Source of the DNA: Pelomyxa schiedti
Taxonomy: Eukaryota > Protista > Evosea
DNA: 34,461 nt
Assembly (NCBI GenBank): GCA_020536535.1
Contig: JAHLWZ010000977.1
Coordinates: forward strand, 1-34,461
Direction: 5' to 3'
Both the position numbers and the translations under genes were made by a program. A model generated the notes under the pieces. The model saw only the letters and a list, made by a program, of their open reading frames with translations, had not been told where the DNA came from and searched no databases. Positions 1 through 12,423 of this stretch are shown here, in pieces; position 1 is the first letter of the stretch; each line of letters starts with the position of its first letter.

Positions 1-1523
1 ACTTGGATTTCATTTTCGGAAGCGAGGATTATACTCTTCTTGTCTCCAATTGAAACTCTTGTCAGAATTAGGAACGTCCACGGAAAAGCAAGCATTTACA
101 TTGAAGAAAACACGGCAACAGTACTGCTACTCCAGGGACACCATGAATGTTTAGCGTTTGATTTATGGTTCCAGAGTGTAGCTTTGCCGTCTGCACATAT
201 GCATGCAAGGTGATCTCCACAGAGACACAGTGACGTTGCTGGCTGTGATTGTTTTAAACTCACACACAAACAAGAATGTTGACCTTTTCTATTTCAAGAG
301 ACGGCAGTTGCGAAATATCAACACTATTTTTCCGTTGACTGATAAGACTGTCCACGTCAATCACAAAGATATTACTTGAAGTGGCAACTCCAAGTTTGTT
401 GTTGTTCCATGTCTAAGGCAATGTAAACAGAGTGATTACAGAAGGTGTACTTCACCAAATTGGATAAAACAGTTTTGGAAGGAGAAGGGTGCAGAATTTC
501 AGTGAACCTACATGGTTCATACTTTTGCACTATGCCCAAGGACCCATCCTGAGTTGAATATGCTATCATATTGAAGGCAGATACAGCAAGCCCTGGGGCG
601 GGTAAGTCTCGAAAATGAAATCGAGATAAAGAAAAAACCTTGAAGCTGGGAGGATGTTGGTTGAACTGAAAAGTGTGTAGATAAATCTCGCGAGTAGAAT
701 TCAATTGTACCTGTGTAATGGGTGGGTTTTTTTTTGTTGGCAGACCACTAGCAAAATACCATGTAACCCGTGACAGAGAGTAGTCCCACTTGAAGATAGA
801 AGTCTTGGTTGCAAGTTAAGGTATGGCAATGAGGGATTAAGAGCAGCCCGGGCAACCTTTTGAAAGTAAGCCAAAGAATAACGTGGAAAAAAGAAAAAAA
901 AAAGGGTAGTACCCCTGGTACAAGCCGCTTCTCAGCAGTCAGGAACTGATAATGTACATCAGAACCAGATAATGGAATTCCGCTATTGAGTGGCCCGTAC
1001 ACAGGCGACACAGGAGGCGGTGAGTATGACTGTACATGTGGGATTGCCGTAGTAATTGGGTTTTGCATTTGTTGTTGTGTTTGTGCTTGTGTTTGTGTTT
1101 GTTGTTGGGTAGCAGGTGCATACCCAGGCTGCTGTGCGTAGTTATTATTGTTACCCTATTAATATTTACACGTTAGTTAAACACAATGTTTTCGTGTTCA
1201 GTACTACTACTAGAGTAGTTATATCACAGGGAAGTGCACACCTGTCGTTGATAGTTGTTAGTTTGGAGCTGCTGTTGTTGTTGTTCCCTCTCGCGCTGAG
1301 CCTTGTACATCATCAACTGGTGTTGCAGGTGTTGGTGTTGGTGTTGTTGTTGTTGTTGCTGTTGATGTTGGTGATTGATGCGCTGCTGCTGAGGCGGTGA
1401 CATCATCATCGATTGCGGTGGTGTGGGGGATGTTGACGACGCTGGCGGCGGTTGTTGTTGCGCGCCACCGTACGCCCCTGTGCCCCCTCCGACGTTGTTG
1501 TTGCTCACTGCACCCGTCTGCAT
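1..1523 (-). CDS. Multi-exon Q/P-rich protein with WD40-like region, EDC4/Ge-1/Varicose-like decapping scaffold candidate (runs off the window start)
   Basis: ATG at 1523 (MQTGAVSNNN) followed by poly-Q. Spliced reading gives NSGIPLSGSDVHYQF...LQPRLLSSSGTTLCHGLHGTIEFY...GLAVSAFNMIAYSTQDGSLGIV, which by eye resembles the Varicose/EDC4 N-terminal propeller (GRxLxGxxVxYD / RQIAVNxxYICYGL / LASASxDGxV). GT-AG introns join the exons. Confidence 0.45.
1265..1391 (-). repeat. Imperfect (CAA/CAG/CAC)n coding microsatellite encoding poly-Q/H
   Basis: TTG/CTG/GTG triplet runs on + strand, translated as QQQQRINHQHQQQQQQQHQHQH...QQQQQ. Confidence 0.85.
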
Positions 1524-1616
1524 TGTCAAATTCCGAATCTACAATCGCTTTATCTTCTTGTGCCAGAGGGACGAGTCGACAGCCCCCTGAGGAGGGAGTG
1601 CGCAGAGGGGCATAAT
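1524..1616. promoter_or_regulatory. Putative compact bidirectional promoter
   Basis: Only 93 bp separate the divergent ATGs at 1523 (-) and 1617 (+). Confidence 0.5.
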
Positions 1617-3192
1617 ATGGGAGAGACAGCTCTGGGCTATCTGGTATCTCCACTCCCCATCGTTGGTTGTTACGGTGCCAGCAAAGAATGTCTGCGCGAG
1701 ACAGGGACACGGTGATGGACGCGCTCAGGTTCCTCGACGACGACGCGGGCGACGAGGGTGTGGAATACGTCAGGGCGTCCTGGTACAACCAAAACGACGT
1801 GCCCCCCTCCGCAATTGTGGGTGGTGTCGCCCAACAACAACCACCGCAACAACAACAACAACAACAACAACAATCGCATCTGCATTTGCAGCAGCTTCAA
1901 GGACAACAGAATCGAGTTATGGGAGGAGGAGGAGGGGGAGGTGGCCGTGCTGGGCAGCCACATGCACGTGACAACGGGACTGACACCGAGACTGAGGAAG
2001 AACCAACTGAGGACGACGACAAGGGCGCCGGCAACGACACCGCCCCATCAAATTCCGCGAACCAGGGTGGTGGCGCCCTGGAAATCCAGAGGAAGAATTC
2101 GAACCCCACGGACCCGCCGCTACCAAAAAGGCCAAGAATTATTGACACCGGCACTGGAATGATTTCGCCGGTTACTTCTGCTACTTATGTTACTTATTCC
2201 AGCCCGTCCAATAATGAGTCCGAGAACGACGCGGAAAAATGGTACACTTCTGATAGGAAAAATGGCAGGATTCCAAAGTCTGGGGCCCGGGGATCAGGCA
2301 AATCAAGGAAGAAGAGCGCTTTGACTCTGACTGAGTATGAGGGGTGGGGTGAGGAGTGGGAAGCTGAGTCTGTATCTGACTCTGATGACGAGGAATACAC
2401 CGAGGCGGCTCCGCGGCACCCTAGAAAGGCGTCTAAGCAAAGCCCGGCTAACGAGGAGGACCCCTGGCTCAAGTTGCCCCCTGTAATGAGTACCTCTGAT
2501 GCAAGGAAGCTTTCAAAGAGAAAGAACAAAGCAAAGCACCACAAAGGAGCCAAAACAAAGAAGAGTGTTCGCGGCTCAACAGGGAAAAAGAATTCTTCCA
2601 GTTCTAGAGCAGCCAAGGTGAAATCAAGTACACCAACTTTGCCCAAGAATAGCCCACAACCGCCACTTATCGCAGTATTGAACGTGGAACTGGAAAACCC
2701 TGTGCCCAACAAGGAGTCACCTTTGGAAAAGAACCAACAGGAGGACATTACCCCTGTGTGGATGAATCAAATATTTCATAGGGACTGGAGTTTCGCCAGC
2801 CAAGTGACTAACACAACTTTAAACCAAACATTAAGATGGCTGGTTCCTATTCCCGGTGTGAAACCTCCAGAGATATTGAAGAGAGCTAGCCCAAGCCCAA
2901 GCCCCAGTCCCGCTACTCACCCTCCAACTCCCACTGATTCAAAACCAACAAACTACAAAGCCAGGCGATTAGTTCTCCCACCAACAGTACCTTGCCGCTT
3001 TTCATGGGATGATGAGGTTGACTTTGAGGTAATGTGCACCTGAATGGACTGTACTTACCTTTCCTGTTACCCTAGGACCAACTTGCAATCCCGAAGCCCC
3101 CTTGCATTTCTACATTTATGGAAGAGTACAAATTACAATTCAAAGCTCAAGGGTATGATCCCACCCTAAAACTATGTACCAATATCCTTTAG
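1617..3192 (+). CDS. Hypothetical, largely disordered, probably nuclear protein (3 exons)
   Basis: Exons 1617-1643, 1682-3028 and 3076-3192 with GT-AG introns of 38 and 47 nt in phase 0. Starts MGETALGYL|QRMSARD. Contains poly-Q, acidic tracts, basic NLS-like stretches (PKRPR, KRKNKAKHHK) and a short possibly folded C-terminus. Stop TAG at 3190-3192. Confidence 0.75.
1832..1873 (+). repeat. (CAA)n coding microsatellite (poly-Q)
   Basis: caacaacaa ccaccg followed by a run of caa repeats. Confidence 0.9.
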
Positions 3193-3246
3193 GAGGATTA
3201 TCACAGAAAGAATGTAAAAATGGCGGGATTTTCTCTCTTATTATAC

Positions 3247-5467
3247 TCATGATGATGAAGCGGATGTGGAAATAGGATTGCTTTGGGTTCCAGATGAGAC
3301 AATGAGAGACAAGGACCCCAACAATTCCATCATAGTATCCTCAAGTCTGATTTCTGTCTTGACTTTGCTGAACAGCTTCTCCAGTAAATGCTCTATCATA
3401 GGTGAACCTTGCAGGTGGTCTGTATAGATATCTGTGTAGCCAAAATAATGAATGTTACAAATATGTGAGTTTGTGGAAAGATATGTTCGGCGTACCCAAT
3501 ATAACATGAGTTATCGCAACCAAAGTATTTGTGAACGCGGGTGTGTCAATGTTCTCACAAAGGAACATAACAATGGGAGCCAGAGAATCATCATCCCTTG
3601 ATCCCACTGCCTCAACGAGTCTCCCTCGTCTCAGAAGCTCTTGCAGAGTACTCATTACAGCCAAGGGTTCATGCTGTTCTGAATATACCTAACAATGATA
3701 TCATGTGATTAGAGAGGGTGTTTTGTGGCTGTTTACCTCAAGAGCTGCATCGAGAGCCTTAGGGTGTTGTAACATCTGAAAGTATTTTGTTATGTGATCA
3801 GGTGGTTGATAGTTCCGCTGTGCTGTGGGTCTTGATGGTGCCTATGCATGTCGTGATTAGAGATTTCACTTGTAGTGTTACAAATAAACAGAGAGAAAGC
3901 GGAGCGGAAGGGAAGGATTGAATAACTTACTGGTTTCCAGTATCTTTTGGTAGGAAGTTCACTTGGTTGTGGTGCCGGAGTGACTGCTGTTTCGTCTGTT
4001 TGTTGTTGTATGTGTAATTTACCATCGCTGCCACCAACTACAAGGGTTTTGTCATCCGGCTGTGATGGTCTTGGGTTAGTGGCACAGAGTGTGAGAGCGA
4101 AGCCGTACTGAAAAGCCCAGGGAGAGAATAGGAGACGGGTAGGAAAAAGTGTGTGCAACTGTCCAACTTGATACATTGTATACCTTGGGTTTATTGAGTA
4201 TATGCTTCTATCAATCAACTTTACCTTGATGTGCTCATCAAGACCGCCAGAAAACAATCTCGAAGAATCTGACGAAATTCCGAGACTAGTAATTGTTTTC
4301 AAGTGGTTTCCAGAAAGAGTTCTCTGCTGGGAACCCCCGTTCAAAAGGTCCCATATTTTCACGGAGGTGCCACCTGTATTACATTCAATTAAGAGCAGAT
4401 GGCCGTAAGCCGTGATACCTGCAGAAGCGATGATGTTACCACCTGGGAAAAATATTATTGATTCAACTGGAGATGCGTGTTTCATTGTCATAACATTGGA
4501 TTTTTGTCGTAAATCCCATAACTTGTAGGTGCTTTAAGAGACAATTCAAAGGGTATTTTATTACCTTAATGGTTTGATCGTACGAAGCAGTAGCCCAAAA
4601 GGTATTATCTTTCGGACTAGTGAGTAACTGCCGTACATGGTCCTGTCTAAAGTAAATACGAATCGAGTTGCGGGTGAAACTGTACGGAATGAGCTTGTGT
4701 AGTTGTTATGTTGTTCCCAGTGGCCATATCCCACGTTTTAACAACTCCATCTTCCGCAGCAGACACGACCGTGACATTGTCACTCAAAAACCCAGTGGCT
4801 CTCACTGGACTGGCAATGTCAATCCTGTGGAAAGTAAAAGAATGCTTACGCTTTGTGACCACGAAAGGTCCTGAGTAAACCCAAGGTCGTGGCTTGGAAT
4901 ATTTTCACTGCTGGGTAAGTACCCCCACAAGCAATCATCTTCCCATCACTTCGATATGACGCACCAAGGGCAGTCTGTCTAAGGGTCAGAAACCCAATGC
5001 TTTCCTTTGTTTGGGACGTCATACCTCCCTGAACTTTGTGAATGACTTTGCTATAGAATATGACTGAAGGTCTATCACGTGAGGCTATCTAAGGGTTACA
5101 TGACGCATTTATAATAATCTTATTCAAAAAGGGGGGATGGAGATACCAGGTTTGCAGTGACTAGTATTTCCGGGCAGCTTGAATACTTTGGGGACATCAC
5201 AATTGATGAAACTGGGCCATCAACAGGCACTGTTCCAACAGCCTACATGGGGTGGTGGCTCACATTAATGATGGCAGTTATGACTGAAAACTTATTATTA
5301 CCTTGTACCTGCCCCAATACAACTTTTCGGGGTCCTCTTCACTGACCTTGGTACCAACCCTTTTCTTCTCAGGTGGAACATAACCTAATAATATATAATG
5401 TACACAAATTATATGCCAAACGGGCCAATTGGAGGAAAAAAAAAAGAGACTCACTCAACCGAGACAT
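3247..5467 (-). CDS. UTP15: U3 snoRNA-associated protein 15 (t-UTP/UTP-A WD40 protein), multi-exon
   Basis: MSRLSYVPP...DPEKLYWGRYK; SFTKFRE|TALGASYRSDGKMIACG; WATASYDQTIK|LWDLR; MKHASPVESIIFFPGGNIIASAG|GTSVKIWDL; HLKTITSL; UTP15_C-type LQELLRRGRL...GSRDDDSLAPI...LEDTMMELLGSLSLI. Stop TGA at 3247-3249. Confidence 0.9.
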
Positions 5468-5674
5468 TGTATTATATTCTAAACGCAAATGAATCCCTCA
5501 ACAACTTCCCTTCACTACGCCCGGCAACACACGCCAACGCAAATTGGGTTAATCTCCGATGTGCAACTGCAACTTCCGGGAAAACGAAATTGATTGGGTA
5601 CATGAGAAAGAGAGGTGGAATAATGGGTGTTGGGTGGGGCCAAAAAAAAAAAGGAGTGCCATATGGGAGTTTAG

Positions 5675-8574
5675 TTAGCTCTTCTTCTTCTTGAGTAGGA
5701 GGTTCTCAAAAAGTGTGGACTTGGCTTTTTGTAGCCCAATGCGGTCGTGTATGCTCAGGCCCTTGATCTCCGTGGTTATTCTTTTCTTGATCCTGAATTG
5801 TAATGAGTTTGGTGTTGTGTGGGGGTGGAAGAAATTTGAAAGGAGGGAGGTAGATTCTTACTTGCTTATTTCCCTTCTTGCCTTCTTATTGAGCTTTTGT
5901 ATTCTCGGATTCTTTTCGACCATATCCAGGAAGATATCAGTGACGCCGCTCTGTATGCCGCTAATTGGCCGTAGTTTACCACCGTGAATCTTCCTCATGT
6001 GGGGACTAGTGTAAATGTTAGGTTATGGTTCGTGCAGGTTGTGCTACCTCTCCACGAAAACTATAAACAGGTAGTTGATGACCTGGCAGATAGCAGCAAG
6101 TAGTACCACTGTTTTGCTCTCAGCAAATAGTCCCAGTCCATAAAAACCTCCCCATCCAATGATGCTGTCTGGATTGTCCATAAATCTGTATGTGATTAGC
6201 GAGGAGAAAACTGTATTGTGAACCTGTATATTCCGCTATAAACCACTGGTACTGGGACAGCTGATGTAATGAAAAAGTCACCATAAAACCAGCCATAATC
6301 TCCTAGAACTTCGTATGTCGAAAGAGAACACCACAGGCTTATGCTACAAAGGACCTTTTGGGAATTTAGTGATAATTCAAATTGTATTGTACAAACCAAC
6401 GCTAATACTTGAGCAACACAATAGGGCTGGAAGGTGACACCGGCACTGTACTTCACGGCACAGCAAAAGAATGAAACGTATGTCATTACGTGGGCAGCGT
6501 TGTAAATTCTGTAATTTGGTTACCCAAGTTTTATAAGTTAAGGGATTACAATTTCCAGTTGTCAAAAGCCTGTGCAGTATTCATTCCCATTTTTTCACAC
6601 TTGAGGACAAACCAATTACTCTTACTTTGTAAATGTAACACGAGTCCAAGAACCCCACTCAGCCACAGTCGCCAGAATAGAACTTCACCTGAATGAAATT
6701 GAGGAAAGTTGCAGGAAAAGAAAACATGACATACATACAAAAACCCAAGTCGGGATGGATTCAATTAGGACTATGTGGACAACGATGTTTTGTGCAACAA
6801 ACACCATAAAAAGTAGGTCCACGCCCCGGTAAGGTGTGAAATTTCCGAACCCGACTAGGGAGCGGGGCAAAGCACCACCACTGAATTTGTAAGAGGAATC
6901 TCCAACCATTTCAGGGTAAATTTTCTTCATATCTAGTAGTTCCTTAGACAGAGAATTTCTTGAAAAAATGAAGACATACGCGGGGTTTCAACTAAAGCAA
7001 GGAATACCAACTGACATACATGTGCAGCCAAACTCACATAAAGAACAATATACGAGTGTGTTAGCAGAGCAAATCCGTAGAAGAATGCATATCTGACAAA
7101 GGAATTAGAGAGAGAGAAAAAGATAAATTGTCTTTGTAACGAACCCAATTGTGTACATGGGATGTGGCGCTATGCGAAATACACGATCAAAGGTTAGTTT
7201 CTGATGAATTGCAAAGAAAAAATCCCCCCAGTCTGTTACACAGTTACTCACATCTCAAGAATAGGTAGTATTACACCAAGCATAGTCTTTTACAACTCTG
7301 AAAGAGTCCGTCTTTGCCCACAAGGCAAAGAAGCACAAGAAGACTCCCCCAATGTAAGAGAGAAGGGTTTTCAGAGAAAAGAAATGGGCCGGAGCAGTCC
7401 TGTGTTTGGTAAGGCCCCGCATAAGTTCCGTCAGTACCAATAGCCTAGCACAAAAACAAAGTATGCTACTACATCGTAGAATAGTATCACATCAACCACT
7501 GGCCGAAAGAGTAGCCATGCTGTCAAACTTGGTGGTGCACTCTATGTATTGGATTAACTCTTACACCAAATGAGTGCAATTACCTCAAACGAGTAATCGT
7601 TATCTACGTCAACGTGGGCCGCGGTTTTAGCAATTGAATATAACATATTGTTCGGTTTTGACAGGATCTGCTGTGTAAATTTTGTGATAACCTTGTTTTC
7701 TGACTGGTATCTGTCCATGATTAAAGGCATACAACGAGTTGGAATTGTACTTAAGGAGTAATCCTATTCCTAAGTTGTAAGCAAGTCTCCAAATCCCGAA
7801 CCAAACGATTAATACCTTTTTCCAGGGTAATACGAAAAGGATTTGGAGCAAACCTACCCAACGAGGAAGGGGCAAAAATAATAAAATAACGCTGAGTAGA
7901 CAGCTACTTTTAAGCCAGTCAAAAAGAGTCCAACGAAGGGGACTATAAAGAGGCAACGGGCTTTTGGTATGAGGAACTCTGAACTCTGAAAGCATTAAAT
8001 AAGAGACTGAATTCATCAATTTACTTTGCCCAGAGTCAGTCACTCCCTCTTGGGGCTTATTTGTTGAGGCCTCTGAATCGCTGGACTCGGGGGACTGTGG
8101 GGAATGTGTGTTTGAGTTTAAAGGCGTTCTACATAGTTGTTCATCTTCATCACTGTCAGAGGAGTCGTCGTCCCTGCAAATGTTCGGCCACAAGAAATAA
8201 GAGGAAGGCATACGTTGACGGAGGAATTGGATCTTGGGTACTTGAATCCGCAGCAACTTCTCCCGCAGTAGAACAAGTGTTTCCTTCTAGAATCGGAGGT
8301 GTTTCACAAGTCATATTGGTAACCCTTGGGAATGGAACTACTTCAATGTCGCCCTTTCTGGCAGGGTCCCCTTTCTTGCGTTTTCTGCACGGTCTGGCAG
8401 ACATTAAGTACAAAACGAAAGCGAAAAGCCAGGCCGATACGATAGCAGCATTTTGTCACTATCGTTCACAGGAGATTGCGATGTCGCCGGGGCCGGAAAA
8501 TTGTGAGCAGACGCATCTCCGCCACTACCGTCGTCGACCACCGCACCATCGTCCCCCTCTTTGCCTTTGTCCAT
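5675..8574 (-). CDS. CHO2: Phosphatidylethanolamine N-methyltransferase, CHO2/PEM1 type (two PEMT-like halves), multi-exon
   Basis: ATG at 8574 (MDKGKEGDD). Motifs [86 protein letters not shown] and the second-half [14 protein letters not shown]-terminal KKKKS is an ER-retrieval dilysine. Stop TAA at 5675-5677. Confidence 0.88.
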
Positions 8575-8628
8575 CGTTATACTTGTCGTCTTTCCGCAGA
8601 TCTCGTCTCGCCACTCACCGTTGACTCG

Positions 8629-8868
8629 CTCGACTTGTTTAATTAATTAATCCTGTCGAGTATCCCGGGAACCTGAGACACAACTTTTCTGCTGAGAGGA
8701 CACATTTAGCAAGACCCACAATGAGCACTCTCGGGTTACCGTTGCGCCGGCCGCAGTCTGCCGCCCAACTTCGTTATTTTTTTCCCCACCCTGAACTGTT
8801 CCGCGTCCCTCACTGGAATTATTTATAGGGACGAGTCGGGCTGGTGGGAGCACCGGTAACTTAAAACA
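8629..8868. ncRNA. Candidate structured ncRNA or cis-element in the spacer upstream of CHO2
   Basis: Nested helices gttaccg(8735-8741)/cggtaac(8854-8860), cccacc/ggtggg and cgtccct(8804-8810)/agggacg(8827-8833). A separate hairpin cccggga(8664-8670)/tctcggg(8729-8735). No family recognised. Confidence 0.35.
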
Positions 8869-8907
8869 ACCTTTCTTTTCATTTACATTGCTTTACAGTA
8901 TAGTGGT

Positions 8908-10112
8908 TCAGGGAGTGAGGGGCAGTGGTGTGAAATCACTTTCTTGGTACTCTGACTCCCCCAGGGGATCAGTGGTTGTTAACAACTCTCCACTCAGGGA
9001 AGGAACACCAATGGCCCCTGGGTATGTGCCAAACAAACCACTGTACTCCAGTGAATCCGTAAAGGCAACTCCAAGAGGGAAGCTGTTGAATTCCTGAGGA
9101 ATGACAGTTCCAAGATCGAACGGATCCAAAACTTGGGCAGGCATCGGAACTGCAGACTGATGTTCGAGAGAGGGATCGGTAACTAAATCAACAGGTCAAC
9201 CTTCGAACACGAAAACATGAAGAGTAACCTATGCACATAGGAGTCCTGACCCAGGAATAGGATGTAGGGGAGTCAATGCTCTTCACAAACACTCTCAGGT
9301 ACAATCTTCCTTGGAATCCTAGCTTGCCCTTCCCTGTCTCGGTTTCATTTATCAGGCAACAGTTGTCTTCGGTGAGTGGTTCCCCTGTTGACAGGCGCAG
9401 GACTGTACCAGGATCCACAGAGGCATCGAATTCACTGCAAACCTTCAGCCAGGATTTGCACAGCAGTGGGAGGTAGTCCTTGGCCGAGTTCCCGTTGCCG
9501 ATTGATGGCTGTTCCACACAGCAGATCACGCGACGGCCTGTCTGAGAGTGCTGAGTTGTTGATCCAATCCTCCAGAATCCCCGGTAGTCTTGCTTAGATT
9601 GGTATGAACTCTTAGGAGAGCTTTCATAGTATGACGAATAAGCCGGACTTGGGCTCAATAAGTTCCGTTCCATGTCAGTACGTGGAAGTCGAGTGTAAAG
9701 GTGTTCTCTGCAGAACCGTCCACCCAACTTCTCCATTTGCTTTTTCACCCCGTCGGGTCTGGTTCGCTTGCGGGAAGGGCTCTTTGCAGGAGAGGTCTCG
9801 CTCGAGGATCCTTCACTTGAGTAGTCAGTCGCTGTGAAGATGTGAGTAATACCGAAGACGTGTAGTAAAGCGGATGGATCGCGTGCTATGTAACCTCCCG
9901 AATGCTAGTTCGAATCCCTGAGCGTGCATCCACATTTCGATGCACGATATAGATTCGAGCTCGTCCGGGAAGCAAATCGTAATCCGCTGAACCTGTACGG
10001 CATGTTCGAAGACCTTTCGCTGTGAAAGGTCTCTTGAACGAGTCTCGTACAGTTCGCGGTCTATCGAAGTGACATAAAAGGCAAAACCTGTAGGTTTTCT
10101 CTTCCTGTCCAT
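8908..10112 (-). CDS. Hypothetical protein with basic NLS-like N-terminus, central folded domain and acidic tail (transcription-factor-like architecture)
   Basis: Model: exon 1 10112-10088 (MDRKRKPT), 256-nt intron, then ATDYSSEGSS...RKRTRPDG...FCREHLYTRLPR...GRLYLRVFVK, a second intron at ~9233-9183, and a last exon ending TPLPLTP* at 8908. Intron phases are consistent (phase 1). Confidence 0.6.
9889..10059. ncRNA. Intron-embedded double-hairpin RNA candidate
   Basis: Hairpin 9984-10059 (ccgc/gcgg, gaac/gttc, tgtacg/cgtaca, gttc/gaac, agacctttc/gaaaggtct) and hairpin 9894-9972 (tcccg/cggga, agttcgaatc/gattcgagct, cgtgcatc/gatgcacg). On the - strand an ACA triplet follows the second hairpin after 2 nt. 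Confidence 0.5.
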
Positions 10113-10363
10113 GTTTGGGTTGTTGGTTTTACGGAAATTATCAAAAATCAAATTTAAAATGTTTATAAATCGGAAACTATTTTTATTTTTGCAACTCCAA
10201 GAACTGACGCAGACTCAGAAAACTCGTACAGATCTTTACGTCAGTGGTTCAATTTTTTCGGAGCGCTAGTCCGACAACTTTGTTTCGCTTGGTTAAATTG
10301 CCAAGTTGGGTTTTTTTTTATCAACATTAATTGTTTGTTCTGCTTGTTGATTGATTGTTGGTG

Positions 10364-12396
<2,033 letters not shown>

Positions 12397-12423
12397 CTTC
12401 CTCGCCTTTTTTTTCCCTGTTTT

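Noticed and set aside
3182-3190. ATATCCTTT, a perfect U12-type AT-AC donor
   Set aside because: It falls in the last codons before a stop, with no TCCTTAAC branch site or downstream exon.
9856-9930. tRNA gene (GTTCGAATCC) or U2 snRNA (GTGTAGTA)
   Set aside because: No acceptor, D, anticodon or T stems form, and the U2 flanking sequence is absent.
10072-10090. GCCTTTTAT on the - strand, like U5 loop 1
   Set aside because: No enclosing stem; it lies just inside the intron donor.
9825-10151. 108-aa ORF with a superficial HMG-box-like start
   Set aside because: Lacks the HMG Trp and helix 3 pattern; better explained as a short exon plus a structured intron.
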